NCBI RefSeq assembly: GCF_030530845.1
Contig: NZ_JAUMUE010000001.1
Strand: one strand, 5' to 3'
DNA from: Limosilactobacillus sp.
GTDB lineage: Bacteria > Bacillota > Bacilli > Lactobacillales > Lactobacillaceae
Length of the DNA: 64,000 nt
The notes beneath the pieces were generated by a model that was given only the letters and a program-made list of their open reading frames with translations, had not been told where the DNA came from and made no database searches. Positions 40,195 through 50,988 of this stretch are shown in pieces (within the stretch, counting starts at the first letter, position 1; each line of letters begins with the position of its first letter). The translations under genes and the position numbers were made by a program.

Positions 40195-40986
40195 ATGAAA
40201 TTTTGGAAGAAGACATTAATCGCAATCGCAGCTATCACTATGGGAACTTCAGCAAGCATTAGCAGTATTCACGCTGCTACTAGTCCAGCAAGTTCTGAAT
40301 TGAAGAATCAAGGAGAATTGACAATCGGTTTGGAAGGTACCTATGCACCATTTTCATACCGTGAAAACGGCAAGTTAACTGGTTTTGAAGTTGAACTTGG
40401 TAAGGCAATTGCCAAGAAGATGGGACTGAAGGCAAAGTTCGTTCCAACCAAGTGGGATTCATTAATTGCAGGTCTGGGTTCAGGTAAGTTTGACGTGGTT
40501 ATGAATGATATCACTAAGACTCCAGCTCGTGCTAAGCAATACAACTACTCAAATCCATACATGAAGTCACGTTCAGTATTGATTGTTAACACCAAGAGCA
40601 ATATCAGCAGTATTAAGCAAATCAAGGGTAAGAAGATCGTTGCTGGTACTGGTACCAACAATGAATTGATCGCAAAGAAACACGGTGCTAAGATCGTGCC
40701 AAACGGTGATTTCACCAGTGCGGTTAACATGGTAAAGCAAGGCCGGGTAGATGGTGAAATTAACTCCAGTGCTGCTTGGTACTCATACAAGAAGAAGAAT
40801 AACACTAAGGGCTTGAAGATTATTGACCTTTCAAAGGAAATCAAGGCTGACCCAATTTCAGGTCTCTTTAACAAGAAGGACACCAAGATCCAAGCCGAAT
40901 ACAACAAGGCTCTCAAGCAAGTACAAAAAGATGGTACTGTGAAGAAGCTTTCACAAAAGTACTTCGGAACTGACATGACTAAGTAA
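40195..40986 (+). CDS. amino-acid (cystine-type) ABC substrate-binding protein, signal peptide without lipobox (BspA/CyuC-like)
   Basis: 263 aa, family-3 SBP fold pattern (GLEGTYAPFSY..., KWDSLIAGL..GKFDVV). Lys-rich, with no Cys anywhere in the protein. Confidence 0.85.
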   Translation: MKFWKKTLIAIAAITMGTSASISSIHAATSPASSELKNQGELTIGLEGTYAPFSYRENGKLTGFEVELGKAIAKKMGLKAKFVPTKWDSLIAGLGSGKFDVVMNDITKTPARAKQYNYSNPYMKSRSVLIVNTKSNISSIKQIKGKKIVAGTGTNNELIAKKHGAKIVPNGDFTSAVNMVKQGRVDGEINSSAAWYSYKKKNNTKGLKIIDLSKEIKADPISGLFNKKDTKIQAEYNKALKQVQKDGTVKKLSQKYFGTDMTK

Positions 40987-41102
40987 AGTATCAGCACATC
41001 GTTATTGCGGTGTGCTTTTCTTTTGGGATTCTAGGAAAGGACACACCCGGGGTGATGTGGTATAATTTGAGAGTATTGTTTTTTAGATAGGAGAAGTTGG
41101 CA

Positions 41103-41975
41103 ATGACTGAGAAAGTTCAAGTTGTAATAATTACGGGGATGAGCGGTGCCGGTAAGACGCTGGCCATCCACAGTTTTGAGGACCTAGGTTATTTCGTGAT
41201 CGATAACATGCTGCCAAGTTTGGCGGAGCGTTTCATTGACGTAATCGAGGACTCTAAGGAATTCACCAAGGTCGCAATGGTAATGGATTTGCGGTCACGC
41301 GGTTTCTACGATCAAGTAGTGCCAACTCTCCACAAGCTGAAAGATCGCGCTGACCTGGAAGTTAAGCTCCTGTTTCTCGATGCCAACAACGTCAAGCTGG
41401 TATCACGATACAAGGAAACGCGCCGTCTGCACCCACTGGCACGCCAAGGCCGGATTTTGGATGGGGTGGAATTGGAACGCGACCTCTTGTCTGACCTGAA
41501 GAGCCAAGCAGACGTGATTATCGACACAACTGAACTGACACCCCGCAATCTCAAGCTCCGCATCAACAAGCTTTTTAGCCACGGGGAAGGGTCAAACTTC
41601 TTCATCGAAATTATGTCATTTGGTTTCAAGTACGGCCTGCCACTCGACGCTGATATCGTGATGGACGCCCGTTTCTTACCAAACCCGTTTTACGTACCGG
41701 AGCTGAAGAACTTAACCGGTAACGATAAGTCAGTCCAGGATTACGTGATGAACGCCGATGTGGCACACGAATTCTATGACCACTTGCTGTCACTTTTGCG
41801 CAATGCCCTGCCAGGCTACGTGCGTGAAGGAAAGAGCAGCCTGACTGTTGCGATTGGTTGCACCGGGGGCCAACACCGTTCCGTCACCATCGCCAATAAG
41901 TTAGCCGACGATCTGCACAAGGATGGATACAAGGTCAACTTGTACCACCGCGACGTCGAAAAGAAGAGTAAGTAG
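41103..41975 (+). CDS. rapZ: RNase adapter / nucleotide-binding protein RapZ (YvcJ)
   Basis: [10 protein letters not shown] Walker A and C-terminal [14 protein letters not shown] 41103 follows AGGAG. Confidence 0.92.
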   Translation: MTEKVQVVIITGMSGAGKTLAIHSFEDLGYFVIDNMLPSLAERFIDVIEDSKEFTKVAMVMDLRSRGFYDQVVPTLHKLKDRADLEVKLLFLDANNVKLVSRYKETRRLHPLARQGRILDGVELERDLLSDLKSQADVIIDTTELTPRNLKLRINKLFSHGEGSNFFIEIMSFGFKYGLPLDADIVMDARFLPNPFYVPELKNLTGNDKSVQDYVMNADVAHEFYDHLLSLLRNALPGYVREGKSSLTVAIGCTGGQHRSVTIANKLADDLHKDGYKVNLYHRDVEKKSK

Positions 41976-41991
41976 GAAAGGAGTAACTTTC

Positions 41992-42978
41992 ATGATCCAT
42001 AAGCCAAAAATCGTCGTGATCGGCGGTGGAACAGGCCTGCCAGTTGTCTTGCGTGGTCTCCGTGACAAAAATGCGGACGTGACTGCAGTCGTGACCGTTG
42101 CCGATGACGGCGGATCTTCCGGTGTTTTGCGTGACTACATCAACGTGGTTCCACCTGGTGATATCCGTAACGTCCTGGCGGCATTGTCAGAAAAGCCACA
42201 GTTGGAATTGGATGTCTTCCAGTACCGTTTCAGGAGTACCGACCAATTCTTCGCTGGCCATGCGATTGGTAATTTAATCATCTCAGCGCTTTCTGAAATG
42301 AAGGGTGGGATCTTCCCCGCAGTACAAGAGCTGTCAGACATCATGAACATCCGGGGTCACATCTACCCAGTTGCCAACGAACCGCTGACACTCAACGCAG
42401 AATTTACTGACGGGACAACGCTGAGTGGTGAATCTGAAATCACCGCAGCCCACAAGCAAATCAAGCGTGTCTGGGTGACTCCATCTGATGATTCGGACGG
42501 TCACGAAATCAAGCCGGTGCCAGAAGTGATCCAGGCCATCCGTGAAGCTGACCAGATCGTACTTGGACCAGGGAGTTTATTTACTAGTATCCTGCCAAAC
42601 CTGATGATAAAAGAAGTCGGTGAGGCGGTCTGTGAAAGCAAGGCGGAAGTCGTTTACATCTGCAATATCATGACGCAAAAGGGTGAAACCGACCACTTTA
42701 CTGATGCCGATCACGCTGCGGTATTGAATCGTCACCTCGGCAAGAACTTCATCGACACGGTCCTGGTAAACATCCAGCCAATTCCAAAGAACTACCTCGA
42801 TTTCCAACAATGGAATGAAATTTCTCAACCAGTTGGCCATGACTTCCAGGCCTTACGTGAAATGAACTGCCGGGTCATTTCATCAAACTTCTTACGACTC
42901 AAAGATAACGGGGCCTTTCATGACCGTGATCGCGTGGTGGCTGAGCTCATGAATCGCTTGCACCAAGTCCACGACTAA
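41992..42978 (+). CDS. yvcK: YvcK-family gluconeogenesis/cell-shape factor (CofD-like)
   Basis: VVIGGGTGL and ADDGGSSG motifs. GGAAAGGAG RBS precedes ATG 41992; the track ORF from 41923 is an extension. Confidence 0.9.
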   Translation: MIHKPKIVVIGGGTGLPVVLRGLRDKNADVTAVVTVADDGGSSGVLRDYINVVPPGDIRNVLAALSEKPQLELDVFQYRFRSTDQFFAGHAIGNLIISALSEMKGGIFPAVQELSDIMNIRGHIYPVANEPLTLNAEFTDGTTLSGESEITAAHKQIKRVWVTPSDDSDGHEIKPVPEVIQAIREADQIVLGPGSLFTSILPNLMIKEVGEAVCESKAEVVYICNIMTQKGETDHFTDADHAAVLNRHLGKNFIDTVLVNIQPIPKNYLDFQQWNEISQPVGHDFQALREMNCRVISSNFLRLKDNGAFHDRDRVVAELMNRLHQVHD

Positions 42979-42992
42979 AGGAGGCGACGACC

Positions 42993-43931
42993 TTGTCTTA
43001 CGCTAGTGATGTTAAAAAAGAACTGACCGCAATTAAGGTCCACGAAGCAAATGCGCAGGCAGAGTTGATGGCCTTGATCCGGATGAACGGGAGCATTGGT
43101 TTGGCCAACCGCCAGCTAATTTTGAACGTCCAAACGGAAAATCCTGCAATCGCACGGCGTATTTACTCACTTTTGAAGGAGTTCTACCACGTCGAAAGTG
43201 AAATCGCGGTCCGGCGCAAAATGAAGCTAAAGAAGAACTACCAATACATCGTCCGCCTGCGTAATAACGCGCAAGAAATCTTGGATGACCTGGGTATTTT
43301 GCAGAACCTGCAGATTAAAGAGCAGGTACCAGTCGAGATGCTCAAGGATGAGTGGATGGTCCGCTCCTATTTACGTGGGGCTTTCCTTGCCGGTGGATCC
43401 GTGAACAATCCGGAAACATCCCGCTACCACCTCGAAATTTACTCACTCTACCAAGAACACAACGAGATGATCGCAAAGATGATGAATAAATTTGGCCTAA
43501 ACGCACAAACCACGGCGCGTCGTTCTGGCTACATCGTCTACATTAAGGAAGCCGAGAAGATCGCTGACTTCATGTCACTGATCGGTGCGACGAATTCGAT
43601 GTTGGAATTTGAAAATATCCGGATCGTCCGTGACATGAGAAATTCAGTTAACCGGCTCGTCAACTGCGAAAATGCCAACATGAACAAGATCGCCAACGCA
43701 TCGACGCTGCAAATCGAAAACATCAAGCTGATCGAATCTACAGTAGGTCTCGACAGTCTCCCAGAAAAACTACGCGAGATTGCACAAACCCGCTTGTTGC
43801 ACCAAGAAGTTAGCTTGAAAGAACTTGGTGAACTGGTTCCCGGCGGCCCAATTTCCAAGTCTGGTGTTAACCACCGCTTGCGCAAGTTGAATGCCTACGC
43901 TGACGAATTACGTTCATCAAACACAATTTAA
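42993..43931 (+). CDS. whiA: DNA-binding protein WhiA
   Basis: 312 aa, third gene of the rapZ-yvcK-whiA operon. LAGLIDADG-like region and C-terminal HTH ([13 protein letters not shown]). TTG start follows AAGGAGG. Confidence 0.9.
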   Translation: MSYASDVKKELTAIKVHEANAQAELMALIRMNGSIGLANRQLILNVQTENPAIARRIYSLLKEFYHVESEIAVRRKMKLKKNYQYIVRLRNNAQEILDDLGILQNLQIKEQVPVEMLKDEWMVRSYLRGAFLAGGSVNNPETSRYHLEIYSLYQEHNEMIAKMMNKFGLNAQTTARRSGYIVYIKEAEKIADFMSLIGATNSMLEFENIRIVRDMRNSVNRLVNCENANMNKIANASTLQIENIKLIESTVGLDSLPEKLREIAQTRLLHQEVSLKELGELVPGGPISKSGVNHRLRKLNAYADELRSSNTI

Positions 43932-43935
43932 ACGC

Positions 43936-43979
43936 AAAAAGGAACTGCACAGCTAAATGCCATGCAGTTCCTTTATTTT
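43936..43979. terminator. bidirectional terminator (whiA / clpP)
   Basis: AAAGGAACTGCA ... TGCAGTTCCTTT flanked by A and T runs. Confidence 0.85.
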
Positions 43980-43986
43980 GCTCGAA

Positions 43987-44580
43987 TTACTTCAAGCTTG
44001 CTGCGTTTTCCATGATACCGTCGAGCAGACCGTATTCAACCGCTTCTTGAGCAGTTAAGAAGTGGTCACGTTCAGTATCGTGGTCAACCTTTTCGATTGA
44101 TTGCCCTGAATTCTTGGCCAGGATTTCGTTAATCATCTTCCGGGTCTTCAGAATTTCAGTAGCGGCAATTTCGATTTCAGTTTGTTGACCTTGAGCGCCA
44201 CCAGATGGTTGGTGAATCATGACTTGTGAGTGAGGTAAACCGAAACGCTTACCCTTGGCACCGGATGATACCAGGACACTCGCCATTGATGCAGCCATAC
44301 CGATAACGATGGTTTGAACATCTGACTTGATGAAGTTCATCGTGTCGTAGATGGCCATCCCTGAGGTAACAACACCACCAGGGGAGTTAATGTATAAGTA
44401 AATGTCTTTAGTAGAGTCTTGCGCATCCAAGAAGAGCAGTTGCGCAACAATTGAGTTTGCCATATCGTCTTCAATTGGACCAGATAACATGATGATCCGA
44501 TCCTTGAGAAGCCGTGAGTAGATATCATAAGCGCGTTCACCGCGTGATGATTGCTCAATGACTGTTGGAACCAAGTTCAT
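43987..44580 (-). CDS. clpP: ATP-dependent Clp protease proteolytic subunit
   Basis: [31 protein letters not shown] (catalytic Ser), and IHQP (catalytic His). Confidence 0.97.
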   Translation of the reverse strand: MNLVPTVIEQSSRGERAYDIYSRLLKDRIIMLSGPIEDDMANSIVAQLLFLDAQDSTKDIYLYINSPGGVVTSGMAIYDTMNFIKSDVQTIVIGMAASMASVLVSSGAKGKRFGLPHSQVMIHQPSGGAQGQQTEIEIAATEILKTRKMINEILAKNSGQSIEKVDHDTERDHFLTAQEAVEYGLLDGIMENAASLK

Positions 44581-44598
44581 TGTGTGGCCTCCTTATAA

Positions 44599-44625
44599 TT
44601 AGCACTTGTCAGCAATTAATGCTAA
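44599..44625 (-). promoter_or_regulatory. CIRCE-like palindrome in the clpP 5' region
   Basis: On the gene strand: TTAGCATTA-N9-AAGTGCTAA, 15/18 matches to CIRCE. It lies between TATAGT and the AGGAGG RBS. Confidence 0.5.
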
Positions 44626-44650
44626 CTGGTTATTATTACTATACTCGATT

Positions 44651-44667
44651 GGTCAAAAAAGGTCAAA
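44651..44667 (-). promoter_or_regulatory. CtsR operator overlapping the clpP promoter
   Basis: GGTCAAA AAA GGTCAAA (+ strand) is a perfect CtsR heptad repeat. On the gene strand it overlaps TTGACC-17-TATAGT. Confidence 0.8.
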
Positions 44668-44777
44668 TATTTTAACCCTCAAGTTGATCCAGTAATAATT
44701 ATATACAATTAGGTTGCGATGTGAAAAGAAAAACGGCTAACGAATTAACGTCAGCCGTCACTTATTCATGTAGCGAA

Positions 44778-44888
44778 TTACTTATTCATTTCTTCGCAAA
44801 CCATGTCCATTTCGAGGTTGGCAATTTGTTCATCCAATGCCTTCCAGTCAGTGTTGTTTACAAAGATGTTCAGATCTTTAGTGTTCAT
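44778..44888 (-). CDS. unannotated small ORF, 36 aa acidic (MNTKDLNIFVNNTDWKALDEQIANLEMDMVCEEMNK)
   Basis: GGAGGA lies 7 nt before the ATG (complement of 44888). An intrinsic terminator (ACGGCTGACG/CGTTAGCCGT plus T-run, 44722-44758) lies 20 nt after the stop. Confidence 0.5.
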   Translation of the reverse strand: MNTKDLNIFVNNTDWKALDEQIANLEMDMVCEEMNK

Positions 44889-45166
44889 GATTAATCCTCC
44901 GAAAGATTATCTTTTGACATATATACGTACTCTTTCTCTAGCCAAAATAAATGGTACACTAAATCGGTCTAAAATGCAATCCCTTATATATAGGTGCTTA
45001 ATATATTCTTAACAAAATTGGTATACCCAATTTTGGGTAAATGGTCTAGTTGATGCTTAGAAATGGAGAAAGTCGATTGACTAAAGAGGGTTGATTTTTA
45101 TCGGTAGGACCGCTATAATTGTTCTGTTAATTTATTTACGTAAATAATTAAAGGAGGCATAAGCTT

Positions 45167-45298
45167 ATGCGTAAAGCACATCCAAACGGCGTTCAAGGCC
45201 GTCGCCCAATTGCTCCTAAGTACAAGCGAGCATTAAAAGAAAAGAAGATCGAAGCTATTCGTAAGTGGGCTAAGGAAAAGCCAGCAGACGAAAAGTAA
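45167..45298 (+). CDS. unannotated small ORF, 43 aa strongly basic (MRKAHPNGVQGRRPIAPKYKRALKEKKIEAIRKWAKEKPADEK)
   Basis: Promoter TTGATT-17-TATAAT upstream. AAAGGAGG lies 8 nt before ATG 45167. Terminator AGACCA..CAGT/ACTGGTGGTCT plus T7 at 45311-45347. Confidence 0.6.
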   Translation: MRKAHPNGVQGRRPIAPKYKRALKEKKIEAIRKWAKEKPADEK

Positions 45299-45365
45299 TT
45301 AGTATTTTATAGACCATCCAGTATTTGATGACTGGTGGTCTTTTTTTGTACCAAAATTTTAATGC

Positions 45366-45400
45366 AAAAAAAGAGGCTAGGGGATAAGTCCTAGCCTCTT
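45366..45400 (-). terminator. terminator downstream of tRNA-Arg
   Basis: AAGAGGCTAGG ... CCTAGCCTCTT followed by T7 on the minus strand. Confidence 0.8.
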
Positions 45401-45409
45401 ATGAAAATA

Positions 45410-45481
45410 TGCGCCCCCTGGGAGTCGAACCCAGATCTCGAGAACCGGAATCTCACGTGCGATCCATTACACTAAGGGCGC
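45410..45481 (-). tRNA. tRNA-Arg (anticodon CCG), 72 nt, CCA not encoded
   Basis: Hand-folded cloverleaf: acceptor GCGCCCT/GGGGCGC, D arm GTGT/GCAC, anticodon stem TGAGA/TCTCG with loop TT-CCG-GT, T arm CTGGG-TTCGACT-CCCAG, discriminator A. Confidence 0.9.
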
Positions 45482-45545
45482 GTTAACAAAAATATATTAT
45501 CCTATATACTTTATCAATGCAAGCTTTATTTGAACTTTCTAATCA

Positions 45546-45559
45546 AGATAGCGCTTACA
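45546..45559. promoter_or_regulatory. cre (CcpA) site upstream of gap
   Basis: The reverse complement tTGTAAGCGCTATCTt fits WTGNAANCGNWNNCW at every constrained position. It lies about 165 nt upstream of the gap ATG. Confidence 0.5.
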
Positions 45560-45719
45560 AAATAAAAAGGCGAAAAAACTCAGTCAATTGGATAGACAAT
45601 TCTAGGTAAGATGAGTATCATAAAGTATGTAAAGTTTTGTACTTTATTTAACAAACTCTATTTCAGAGCTTGTTTATAAGGTCATTAATATTGTTTTTCC
45701 TAAAGGAGGAATTTGCAGC

Positions 45720-46733
45720 ATGACTGTAAAAATTGGTATTAACGGTTTCGGCCGTATTGGTCGTTTAGCATTCCGTCGTATTCACGAACTCAACACTAGC
45801 GACATCGAAGTTGTAGCTATCAACGATTTGACTACTCCTTCAATGCTTGCTTACTTACTTAAGTACGACTCTACTCACGGTAAGTTCCCTGGTGAAGTTT
45901 CTTCAACTGACAACGCACTTGTTGTTGATGGTAAGGAATACCCAGTTTACGCTGAACGTGACGCACGGGACATTCCTTGGGTAAAGAACGACGGTGTTGA
46001 CTTTGTACTTGAATGTACTGGTTTCTACACTTCAGCAGAAAAGTCACAAGCTCACTTGGACGCCGGTGCTAAGCGTGTTCTTGTTTCAGCACCTGCTGGT
46101 AACGTTCCTACTGTTGTACCTGGTGTTAACTTGGACACTCTTAAGGCTGAAGACAAGATCGTTTCAGCTGGTTCATGTACTACTAGCTGCCTTGCACCAA
46201 TGGCTTACTTCCTTAACAAGAACTTTGGTATCAAGGTTGGTACTATGACTACTATCCACGCATTCACTTCTACTCAAGCTATCCTTGATGGCCCTCGTGG
46301 TAAGAAGATGCGTAACAACCGTTCTGCTAGTGTTAACACTATTCCTCACTCATCTGGTGCTGCCAAGGCTATCGGTCTTGTTATCCCAGAATTGAACGGT
46401 AAGCTTTCAGGTCACGCACAACGTGTTGGTGTTGTTGACGGTTCATTGACTGAACTTGTTTCAATCATGGACAAGAAGGTTACTGTTGATGAAGTTAACG
46501 AAGCAATGAAGAAGGCTACTGAAGGTAACGAAGCATTCGGTTACACTGATGACCCAATCGTTTCAAGCGATATCATTGGTTCAACTTTCGGTTCTGTCTT
46601 TGACCCTTCACAAACTGAAATCATGGAAGGCGACGACGGTTCACAATTAGTTAAGACTGTTGCTTGGTACGACAACGAATACGGTTTCACCAGCAACATG
46701 ATCCGTACTTTGCTTCACTTTGCAAAGCTTTAA
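45720..46733 (+). CDS. gap: glyceraldehyde-3-phosphate dehydrogenase
   Basis: INGFGRIGR and SCTTSCLAP (catalytic Cys) motifs. Strong translational codon bias. Confidence 0.97.
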   Translation: MTVKIGINGFGRIGRLAFRRIHELNTSDIEVVAINDLTTPSMLAYLLKYDSTHGKFPGEVSSTDNALVVDGKEYPVYAERDARDIPWVKNDGVDFVLECTGFYTSAEKSQAHLDAGAKRVLVSAPAGNVPTVVPGVNLDTLKAEDKIVSAGSCTTSCLAPMAYFLNKNFGIKVGTMTTIHAFTSTQAILDGPRGKKMRNNRSASVNTIPHSSGAAKAIGLVIPELNGKLSGHAQRVGVVDGSLTELVSIMDKKVTVDEVNEAMKKATEGNEAFGYTDDPIVSSDIIGSTFGSVFDPSQTEIMEGDDGSQLVKTVAWYDNEYGFTSNMIRTLLHFAKL

Positions 46734-46763
46734 TCAATAGCTGATTTTAATATGATTTTGAAG

Positions 46764-46794
46764 GTGGGAGGAGGAAACTCCGCCCACTTTTTTT
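46764..46794 (+). terminator. gap-pgk intercistronic hairpin / partial terminator
   Basis: GTGGGAGGAG gaaa CTCCGCCCAC followed by T7. The pgk RBS follows directly. Confidence 0.65.
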
Positions 46795-46814
46795 ATCAAG
46801 GAGGATAAAAACAC

Positions 46815-48020
46815 ATGGCTAAATTAACTGTAGAAGACCTTCAATTAGAAGGTAAGAAAGTTTTAATGCGTGTCGACTTCAACGTTCCTATTAAGGATGG
46901 CGTTGTAGGTGATGACAACCGTATCGTAGCTGCTTTGCCAACTATCAAGTACGTTATCGAACATGGTGGTCGGGCAATTCTCTTCTCCCACTTGGGTCGT
47001 ATCAAGAAGGAAGAAGACAAGCCAGGTCTGTCAATGCGTCCAGTTGCTGAACGTCTTTCAAACCTGCTTAACAAGCCTGTTACCTTCGTACCTGTTACTG
47101 AAGGTAAGCAACTTGAAGACGCTATCGACAACCTTAACAACGGTGACGTTTTAGTTGTTCAAAACACCCGTTACGAAGACGTTAAGGATGGCGAATACGT
47201 AAAGCGTGAATCTGGTAACGATCCTGAATTGGGCAAGTACTGGGCTTCACTCGGTGACGTATTCATCAACGACGCCTTTGGTACTGCACACCGTAAGCAC
47301 GCTTCAAACGTTGGTATCGCTACTAACATGCCAGGTAAGGCTGCTGCCGGTTACTTGATGGAAAAGGAAATCAAGTTCTTGGGTGACGCTGTTGACAACC
47401 CTGTACGTCCATTCGTTGCTATCCTTGGTGGTGCTAAGGTTTCTGACAAGATCGGTGTTATCGACAACCTTCTTTCAAAGGCTGACAAGATCATCATCGG
47501 TGGTGGTATGGCCTACACATTCTACGCTGCTCAAGGTATCAAGATCGGTAACTCCCTTCTTGAAGAAGACAAGATCGAAGTTGCTAAGGACATCCTCGCT
47601 AAGGCTGGCGACAAGCTGGTTCTTCCAGTTGACAACGTTGTAGCTGACAAGTTCAACAACGATGCCGAAGCTAAGGTTGTTGAAGGCGACATTGACGATG
47701 GTTGGATGGCCCTTGATATCGGTCCTAAGACTGTTGCTGCTTACGAAGACGTGCTTAAGGACGCTAAGACTGTTGTTTGGAACGGTCCTATGGGTGTCTT
47801 CGAAATGTCAAACTTTGCTAAGGGTACCCTTGAAATCGGTAAGTTCCTTGGTACTTTGGCTGATGCTACTACCATTGTCGGTGGTGGTGACTCTACTGCC
47901 GCTGTTAAGGAATTAGGTGTAGCTGACAAGCTTAGCCACATTTCTACTGGTGGTGGTGCTTCATTGACTTACCTTGAAGGTCAAGAATTGCCTGGTATCG
48001 CAGCAATTTCAGACAAGTAA
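46815..48020 (+). CDS. pgk: phosphoglycerate kinase
   Basis: [19 protein letters not shown], and GGGDS motifs. Confidence 0.97.
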   Translation: MAKLTVEDLQLEGKKVLMRVDFNVPIKDGVVGDDNRIVAALPTIKYVIEHGGRAILFSHLGRIKKEEDKPGLSMRPVAERLSNLLNKPVTFVPVTEGKQLEDAIDNLNNGDVLVVQNTRYEDVKDGEYVKRESGNDPELGKYWASLGDVFINDAFGTAHRKHASNVGIATNMPGKAAAGYLMEKEIKFLGDAVDNPVRPFVAILGGAKVSDKIGVIDNLLSKADKIIIGGGMAYTFYAAQGIKIGNSLLEEDKIEVAKDILAKAGDKLVLPVDNVVADKFNNDAEAKVVEGDIDDGWMALDIGPKTVAAYEDVLKDAKTVVWNGPMGVFEMSNFAKGTLEIGKFLGTLADATTIVGGGDSTAAVKELGVADKLSHISTGGGASLTYLEGQELPGIAAISDK

Positions 48021-48030
48021 TAAATGTACT

Positions 48031-48067
48031 AAAGACGGTAATCGCACAGGCGGTTTCCGTCTTTTTT
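48031..48067 (+). terminator. pgk-tpiA intercistronic terminator-like hairpin
   Basis: AAAGACGG (48031-38) pairs with CCGTCTTT (48057-64) around an 18-nt loop, followed by a T-run that abuts the tpiA AGGAGG. Confidence 0.45.
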
Positions 48068-48081
48068 AGGAGGTGGCTACT

Positions 48082-48834
48082 ATGCGAATTCCAATTATTG
48101 CTGGTAACTGGAAGATGAATAAGACTGTTGCTGAGTCCGTCGCGTTTGTCAATCAAATCAAGGATCACTTGCCCGCCACAGATCAGGTCCAGACTGCATT
48201 GGCTGCACCGGCGCTTTCACTGGTGCCAATGGTTCAAGCTGCTAGTGGTTCACCGTTGAAAATTATGGCGGAGAATTGCTATTTCGAGGATGCAGGCGCG
48301 TTTACCGGAGAGGTGAGCCCGCATGCTCTTTATCAAGCAGGCGTCCACCACGTCATATTAGGCCACTCAGAACGCCGAAAGATTTTTGGCGAAGACGATG
48401 AAATGATTAACAAGAAGGTTGTCGCAGCCTTACGTAACGGATTGTGTCCAATTGTGTGCTGTGATGACACAATGGGACGACGGGTCGCAAACGATGATAA
48501 GATCCACTGGGTTGTCGGTCGGATTCTTGCAGATTTGAAGGGCCTGACCACCGATGAAATTCGCAAAGTCACTGTAGCTTACGAACCAGACTGGGCGATT
48601 GGAAGTGGTCAGAGTGCGGACCCAAGCCAAGCCGAGGAAGGATGCTATTTAATCCGCCAAACGATCTGCGACATGTACGGGGATGATGTCGCAAATGACG
48701 TCAGAATCCTGTACGGCGGAAGCGTTACGCCTGATAATGTGAGTGCTTTGATGGCTAAAAATGATATCGATGGAGTTTTAGTTGGTTCAGACAGCCTTGA
48801 CCCAGAGACATTTTTGAAGATTGTTAACCATTAA
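48082..48834 (+). CDS. tpiA: triosephosphate isomerase
   Basis: AGNWKMN (Lys), GHSERR (His/Glu), and YEPDWAIGSG (catalytic Glu). AGGAGG lies 8 nt before ATG 48082; the track start at 48073 overlaps the RBS. Confidence 0.9.
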   Translation: MRIPIIAGNWKMNKTVAESVAFVNQIKDHLPATDQVQTALAAPALSLVPMVQAASGSPLKIMAENCYFEDAGAFTGEVSPHALYQAGVHHVILGHSERRKIFGEDDEMINKKVVAALRNGLCPIVCCDDTMGRRVANDDKIHWVVGRILADLKGLTTDEIRKVTVAYEPDWAIGSGQSADPSQAEEGCYLIRQTICDMYGDDVANDVRILYGGSVTPDNVSALMAKNDIDGVLVGSDSLDPETFLKIVNH

Positions 48835-48881
48835 AGGCTTGTATTTAGGTGAGCAAAATAATACAATGATAGTTGACATAG

Positions 48882-50246
<1,365 letters not shown>

Positions 50247-50264
50247 TTCGCTTTCGATCCATAT

Positions 50265-50297
50265 AGAGGTTGGGGTTAATCCCCAACCTCTTTTTTG
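50265..50297 (+). terminator. eno intrinsic terminator
   Basis: AGAGGTTGGGG ttaat CCCCAACCTCT followed by TTTTTG. Confidence 0.9.
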
Positions 50298-50382
50298 TTT
50301 GCAAACACATATGTAGTGAGCGCTTTCATCTCGTGGTATAATTAATAAAACTAATTTTTGGTATACGAGGGGGAGTGACGCA

Positions 50383-50892
50383 ATGAAGTGGGGAAGAAAG
50401 TATTTAAATGTCTTAATGATCCTGCTGCTTGCAGTTGGGCTGGCAGCTTGTGCATCAAATAGCTCAACTAATATGAAGAAGGAAGCCGCCTCGTCCGATT
50501 CGAAAGTGGAGAAGACGACAGCAAGGGACAAGGCACCAAAGGACAAAGCAAAGGCTTCAAAGTCCACGCAAGCACCACAGCAGCCTAATACCCAACCATC
50601 AGCTGCGGTGCAAGCACCATCGACTAACCAAGCAGCAACACCGACAGAAGACCACATTACCGTTGATCTTGCCCACATCGCAGTCTGGACTGATTCACAG
50701 GGGAGAATTCACCACGTCAACTGGGATGGCACTGACCGGATCACGACCCGGGGTGGAAATTCCGTCGAGTACGGTTACTGGGAAGGGTATCTGCCAAGTA
50801 ACGCCAAGCTTTACGCTTACAAGGATTATTCTTTCAATGTCACCGACAGCAATAAGTGGGTACTGATGTTTGATCAGGCGACCGGACAATAA
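50383..50892 (+). CDS. lipoprotein, unknown function (paralog 1)
   Basis: Lipobox LAAC, a low-complexity Ala/Pro/Gln/Ser linker, and a conserved C-terminal domain (QGRIHHVNWD ... YAYKDYSFN ... WVLMFDQATGQ). Confidence 0.8.
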   Translation: MKWGRKYLNVLMILLLAVGLAACASNSSTNMKKEAASSDSKVEKTTARDKAPKDKAKASKSTQAPQQPNTQPSAAVQAPSTNQAATPTEDHITVDLAHIAVWTDSQGRIHHVNWDGTDRITTRGGNSVEYGYWEGYLPSNAKLYAYKDYSFNVTDSNKWVLMFDQATGQ

Positions 50893-50988
50893 TACAAAAG
50901 CCTCCGCATGGTGCGGGGGCTTTTTTGTGTGGCAAAGTGTGATACAATTATTCTCGTTACTTTTGGTACAAGGGGAGAGAATATCAAA

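Noticed and set aside
40545-40997. 150-aa minus-strand ORF
   Set aside because: It is antisense to the substrate-binding protein gene and has no RBS.
44803-45012. 69-aa + strand ORF in the clpP-tRNA gap
   Set aside because: It has no RBS and low-complexity hydrophobic composition. It is antisense to the much better signalled 36-aa ORF.
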